64,000 nucleotides of DNA from Candidatus Neptunichlamydia sp. (GTDB lineage Bacteria; Chlamydiota; Chlamydiia; Chlamydiales; Simkaniaceae): the NCBI GenBank assembly GCA_965233865.1, contig OZ247587.1, positions 512,001-576,000 on the forward strand, in the 5' to 3' direction. Shown piece by piece: positions 59,271-64,000 of the stretch (the first letter of the stretch is position 1; each line of letters begins with the position of its first letter). A program made the translations under genes and the position numbers. Under the pieces are notes generated by a model. That model worked only from the letters and a program-made list of their open reading frames with translations. It was not told the origin of the DNA and did not search any database.

Positions 59271-60800
59271 ATGGAAAAATTTGATGTGATCATTATTGGT
59301 TCAGGTGCAGGAGGAGGAACTCTTGCTTATACGCTTGCTGAAACAGGAAAAAAAATTCTTATTGTAGAGCGAGGAGATTTTCTTCCCCGAGAAAAAGAAA
59401 ACTGGGAACCCCACTCTGTCTTTATTGAGGGTCGGTACAATCCTGGTGAAGAATGGCTCGATAAAAATGGAAAAAGTTTCACTCCAGGTACTCACTATTT
59501 TGTTGGTGGAAACACCAAATTTTATGGCGCGGCCCTTATTCGTCTTCGAAAGGAAGATTTTGAAGAGCTAAAACACTATGATGGGGTTTCTCCAAAATGG
59601 CCACTAACCTATGAGGATTTCCAGCCCTATTACCTGAAAGCCGAGGAGCTATATTCTGTCCACGGCCTTAGAGGCGAAGACCCTACAGAGCCACCCGAGA
59701 GTTCCCCCTACTTCAATCCCCCCTTATCTCATGAACCCCGTATTCAAGAGATCTTTGACCAAATTAAAGGAAGTGGGCATAAACCTTTTCCACTCCCCGT
59801 TGGGATCCGCCTCAATGAAAAAAATCGCGAAAAGAGTCAGTGCGTCAGATGTGACACCTGCGATGGATTTCCTTGTTTGGTGGATGCTAAAGCTGATGCC
59901 CATACAACCTGTATCCGTAAAGCCTTAGAACATGAAAATGTCACTCTAAAAACTGGGGTAAAGATTAACCGCCTCCTGACTTCAGGAAGAAAGGTCACAG
60001 CAATCGAAGGTGAAGAAAGTGGCAAGCCCATTATATTAGCAGGAGACCTCATCGTCCTTTCCTGTGGTGCCATTAACTCGTCTGCCGTCCTTTTAAAATC
60101 AAAAAACAACGAGCATCCCAACGGACTTGCAAATAGCTCAGGTCTTGTAGGACGTAATTACATGTGCCATAACAACTCCGCCATTGTTGCAATTTCGACT
60201 AAGAAAAACCCCACGCATTTCCAAAAAACTCTCGCAGTCAATGATTATTACTTTGGTGCAGATGACTCAGAATATCCCTTGGGACATATTCAACTCCTTG
60301 GAAAGGTAAAAAAAGAGATGCTTGAAGGGGATGCTCCTGCTCTGATACCAGGAATAGCTCTTGAAGAAATAGCAGATCATGCAATCGGATGGTGGATCAC
60401 ATCAGAGGACCTCCCCGATACGGAAAACCGCGTCGAAATCTCCGCCGAAGGACGGATCATCCTTCATTACACGGAGAATAATATGGAAGCCCACGAGCAC
60501 CTGTTGAAAAAGCTAGAAAAAATGCTTGAATCCTGTGGGCCTCATACCCATATCTTTCCTAGCAGCATTTATCTATCTAAGAAAATCCCTTTAGCAGCAG
60601 TTGCCCACCAAGTTGGAACCTGCCGCTTTGGAATTGACCCAAGCTCTTCAGTCCTCGATACCAACTGCAAAGCGCACGATTTAGACAACCTATATATCGT
60701 CGACGGCTCCTTCTTTCCTTCTATTTCCGGAGTGAATCCAGGATTGACTATAATCGCGAATGCAATTCGGGTGGGTGAACACCTGAAGAAAGTTCTATAA
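59271..60800 (+). CDS. GMC-family FAD oxidoreductase
   Basis: GSGAGGG, VGGNTKFYGA, CxxCxxCDGFPC, GRNYMCH, HQVGT.R.G, VDGSFFPS...NP. Confidence 0.93.
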   Translation: MEKFDVIIIGSGAGGGTLAYTLAETGKKILIVERGDFLPREKENWEPHSVFIEGRYNPGEEWLDKNGKSFTPGTHYFVGGNTKFYGAALIRLRKEDFEELKHYDGVSPKWPLTYEDFQPYYLKAEELYSVHGLRGEDPTEPPESSPYFNPPLSHEPRIQEIFDQIKGSGHKPFPLPVGIRLNEKNREKSQCVRCDTCDGFPCLVDAKADAHTTCIRKALEHENVTLKTGVKINRLLTSGRKVTAIEGEESGKPIILAGDLIVLSCGAINSSAVLLKSKNNEHPNGLANSSGLVGRNYMCHNNSAIVAISTKKNPTHFQKTLAVNDYYFGADDSEYPLGHIQLLGKVKKEMLEGDAPALIPGIALEEIADHAIGWWITSEDLPDTENRVEISAEGRIILHYTENNMEAHEHLLKKLEKMLESCGPHTHIFPSSIYLSKKIPLAAVAHQVGTCRFGIDPSSSVLDTNCKAHDLDNLYIVDGSFFPSISGVNPGLTIIANAIRVGEHLKKVL

Positions 60801-60873
60801 TTTGATTGATTTGCTCATGAATTTGCAGGAGTGTCAGCATGGACAAATCACATTACCCATACTTCCGTAGAAT

Positions 60874-62640
60874 TTATTTGAGTATCAGTTCTTTTATCTT
60901 AGGTTCAACCCAACGATCATGGTCTTTTATGAGCTGAATCAATCGAGCAACGGCTCCGGAGTAGTGAATCCCCCGCTCAACGCATGTTTTACCAACATAA
61001 AGGTCTATCTTCTCTCGCCCAGAACCAACATAACCAAAATCCGCATCAGCCATTTCTCCAGGACCGTTGACGATGCATCCCATGATAGCAATTTTAACGC
61101 CGGGAAGATGCTCTGTCTGAGCACGGATTTTTTTTGTGACCTCTTGCAGGTCAAATAAGGTCCTTCCACAGCTTGGGCATGCAATAAATTCGGTTTTTGT
61201 CGCTCTCATTCGGCATCCTTGAAGGATATTAAATGAGAGTGAAGCTGCTTTTTCTGGACTGAGTTTAGTTTTGAGAAGGAGTCCTTCCCCAAGTCCATCC
61301 TCAAGGAGAGCTCCAATCTCTGCCGAAGCGTGAATCACTGTATCTTCCTCTGAAAGAGGGTAGTTGCCAACAAGAATAACTGGAAGATCAAGCTTCGCTT
61401 CCTGGATCCATTCAAAAAAATAGCGTCCTTGATGAAGAATCGATTCGGTAAGCTCTAGCATAATGAACTCTGCACTCTTTTCAAGCAGCTTCGACCAGGT
61501 TGTAGGATCACCGTCTTTAACATAAACGACAGCTTTCTCTCCATCAAGATCGTTTATCGAAACAACTGGAAGAATCTCATCTTCATAAAAAACTCCCTCT
61601 CCGTTGAAAAATGCATCAACATTGATTTGATCGTCTTTTTTTCCCCACAGAATAACAGAACCATCACGATGAAGAGGAGCAACATGGCGCGTATAACGCC
61701 TTTTAATTTCGCGGATATCTCGCTTAGTTTCGATAAAAGGAATTGTCCCTTTCCCATGATAACTATTTGAAAAATCGATCAGTCGCTTGCATGGGTCAAT
61801 CTCAAGCCATGGGTCTTCTGTAAGGGAAACACGAATAGTATCCCCAATTCCTTCTAGAAGTAAAGAACCGGTTCCAATAGCAGACTTAACACGACCAGAT
61901 TCTCCATTACCAGCTTCGGTCACTCCCAAATGCAAGGGGTAATCCCACCCCAGCTTCATCATTTCGGCCACCAAAAGACGATAGGATTGAATCATCACAA
62001 GAGGATTGCTTGCTTTCATTGAGAACATAAAATCATGGTAGTTATAGTCACGGCAAACACGGGCAAATTCAAGGGCTGACTCGACCATTCCAAAGGGAGA
62101 ATCTCCATAACGATTCATAATCCGATCCGATAAAGAACCATGATTCGTTCCAATCCGTATTGCTTTTTTGAGCTTCTTGCATTTTTCGACTAAAGAACCA
62201 AATATTTCCCGAATTCTATCGAGCTCAGCAGCATAGCTCTTGTCGTCATAATCAATTGTTTTGAACGTCGCACGCTTGTCAACAAAGTTGCCAGGGTTCA
62301 CCCGAACCTTATCGACAAATTCTGCAACAAGCATCGCAGCCGGAGGGTAAAAGTGAATATCTGCAACAATAGGAATGGTGTATCCTTTTTGGATAAGGGT
62401 ACTTTTAATTCCCTCACATGCTTCAGCTTCTTTCTTTCCTTGAACAGTAACTCGAGCAATCTCGCACCCACTATCAGCAAGGCGGATAATCTGATCAACA
62501 GTAGCGTCTATATTGCTGGTATTAGAGTTCGTCATTGACTGAATGCGAATGGGGTGGTCTCCCCCTACGCCAACGCTACCGATCATGACCTCCCGAGTTC
62601 TGCGCCGTTTAGTCTGATACACTGATTCTAAGTATTTCAT
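60874..62640 (-). CDS. ispG: HMBPP synthase (long chlamydial/plant type)
   Basis: RIQSMT, ADIHF, RVNPGN, RIGTNHGSL, CPSCGR, MGCIVNGPGE. Confidence 0.97.
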   Translation of the reverse strand: MKYLESVYQTKRRRTREVMIGSVGVGGDHPIRIQSMTNSNTSNIDATVDQIIRLADSGCEIARVTVQGKKEAEACEGIKSTLIQKGYTIPIVADIHFYPPAAMLVAEFVDKVRVNPGNFVDKRATFKTIDYDDKSYAAELDRIREIFGSLVEKCKKLKKAIRIGTNHGSLSDRIMNRYGDSPFGMVESALEFARVCRDYNYHDFMFSMKASNPLVMIQSYRLLVAEMMKLGWDYPLHLGVTEAGNGESGRVKSAIGTGSLLLEGIGDTIRVSLTEDPWLEIDPCKRLIDFSNSYHGKGTIPFIETKRDIREIKRRYTRHVAPLHRDGSVILWGKKDDQINVDAFFNGEGVFYEDEILPVVSINDLDGEKAVVYVKDGDPTTWSKLLEKSAEFIMLELTESILHQGRYFFEWIQEAKLDLPVILVGNYPLSEEDTVIHASAEIGALLEDGLGEGLLLKTKLSPEKAASLSFNILQGCRMRATKTEFIACPSCGRTLFDLQEVTKKIRAQTEHLPGVKIAIMGCIVNGPGEMADADFGYVGSGREKIDLYVGKTCVERGIHYSGAVARLIQLIKDHDRWVEPKIKELILK

Positions 62641-63020
62641 GGATCATAGGATACTCCACAAAAGAGGCAATCGTCAAGGAGCTAATTCAAAATTTCATCC
62701 CTATATAATAAATATCTCAAACTCAAGAAACTTTCTGATTCTTGCAGAGCAAGATAAACTGCTTCTCTATTTGAACAAACTTCTCTTCTCCTCGTTTTTA
62801 CTGAAAAGAGGGAATATGATTTAGGTTAAGAAATTAGTGGAATAGTTTCATTATATTCTCGTATTTTTTTTAAAAAGTTATTAAATTATAAAAATGATTT
62901 CAAGAATTAAAGTTTTTATTAAACTCATGACTCTCAAGGGTTTTATTTTGAAAAATGATTGCCTTAATTTCTTATTTTAATTTATAAAGACCTGCTAAGC
63001 AGAACATTTTTTGAGGTGAC

Positions 63021-64000
63021 ATGGCTAAACGCTCCTTACTCGCACTTACCCTTCTCCCCATTGCATTAATGGCAAAACCTTCAGGACCAGATGTTATCCA
63101 GGGCGATGCAATTTTTGTACATCCAGCGAAACACACAATGCAAATTGTAACGGGAGACCAAACAATCATCAATTGGGATGAGTTTTCAATTGATTCCGGT
63201 GAAACAACCCGGTTTATTCAACCGAATCATTCTTCGGCTGTCCTCAATCGAGTCGTTTCAGGAGCCGAAAGTCACATTATGGGCTCTCTTTTTGCTAATG
63301 GAAAGGTCTTTCTTGTAAACCCCAATGGCATCCTTATTGGCCCTGATGCAACAATCGACACCCATGGATTCATTGCCTCAACTCTCGATGTTTTAGATAG
63401 CGAGTTTATGAAAGGAAGAGACCTTCGCTTCCTTGGTAATTCCGAAGGAAAAGTCGTAAATCTCGGGAAAATTCGAGCCTGGGACGGAGACATTGCCCTG
63501 ATTGGGAGGTTTGTCGAAAACCAAGGGTTACTTCAAGCACCAAAAGGAATAGCAGCTCTTGCCGTTGGAAAAGAAGTCTTATTGAAACCGAGCGATGAGG
63601 AGCGTGTGTTTATTTGTGCTTTGAGCCAAAATTCTAGCAAGAAAGGAACAGGTATTTTCAACAGTGGTGAAATCGAGGCATTAAAAGTACGTCTCCTTGC
63701 TGACGGAAACCCTTATAAGCTAGCCATTAATCATGAAGGCAAGATTGATGCGACTAAAACAGAAGAAAGGCATGGAGAAATCTATCTTGTTGCAGAAAAT
63801 GGAACGGTAGAAGTCAATGGAGAAATTTGCGTTGCAAAGGGTGATATCAGGGTCCTTATCAGTGAAATGCTTACGGACCTTCACCCCTATGATGAATACT
63901 TAGGATGGCTGCTAGAATTCCAAACAGCTTATGCTGCTTTAGAATCTACGAAAATAGATGAGAAGGTAACTTCTAGTTTTCAAGTTATCCCAGACCAGCT
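63021..64000 (+). CDS. filamentous haemagglutinin N-terminal (TPS) domain protein, runs off the window; absent from the ORF track
   Basis: GAGG SD, signal peptide, IINWDEFSI, VLNRV, NGKVFLVNPNGILIG; frame read as open to base 64000. Confidence 0.9.
   Translation, partial: MAKRSLLALTLLPIALMAKPSGPDVIQGDAIFVHPAKHTMQIVTGDQTIINWDEFSIDSGETTRFIQPNHSSAVLNRVVSGAESHIMGSLFANGKVFLVNPNGILIGPDATIDTHGFIASTLDVLDSEFMKGRDLRFLGNSEGKVVNLGKIRAWDGDIALIGRFVENQGLLQAPKGIAALAVGKEVLLKPSDEERVFICALSQNSSKKGTGIFNSGEIEALKVRLLADGNPYKLAINHEGKIDATKTEERHGEIYLVAENGTVEVNGEICVAKGDIRVLISEMLTDLHPYDEYLGWLLEFQTAYAALESTKIDEKVTSSFQVIPDQ

Noticed and set aside
59835..59880. CxxCxxC in the GMC oxidoreductase as a novel Fe-S fusion
   Set aside because: A Cys cluster at this position is usual in this dehydrogenase subfamily

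Overview
AT-rich chromosomal segment of an environmental chlamydia (Chlamydiota, Simkaniaceae-like). The assignment is inferred from a plant-type FabI, aroDE fusion, CdsC-type secretin, HctB-like protein, long-insert IspG and DASS translocator. Mostly housekeeping and metabolic genes (fabI, Leu dehydrogenase, aconitase, shikimate cluster, glpF/K/D, tsaC, proC, rarA, ispG), with candidate host effectors and clear genome erosion: three IS5-family copies, an IS630 scar and several pseudogenes. No rRNA, tRNA or CRISPR was seen. Highlights: (1) a 60-aa histone-fold protein of the Bdellovibrio Bd0055 type (44873-45055), in the same window as two Lys-rich H1-like proteins and an ankyrin-SET methyltransferase; (2) an unannotated promoter/SD/30-codon leader ending in Tyr-Phe-Tyr with competing hairpins upstream of the DAHP synthase operon (candidate attenuator); (3) selective decay of the DAHP synthase/Phe/Tyr branch while the rest of the chorismate core looks intact; (4) a small disordered protein with an N-terminal Cys cluster and RVxF+SILK PP1-docking motifs; (5) a ~220-nt multi-hairpin intergenic element; (6) a standalone mini transcription unit at ~43.3-43.5 kb. 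All family calls are from motif recognition by eye, not database searches.
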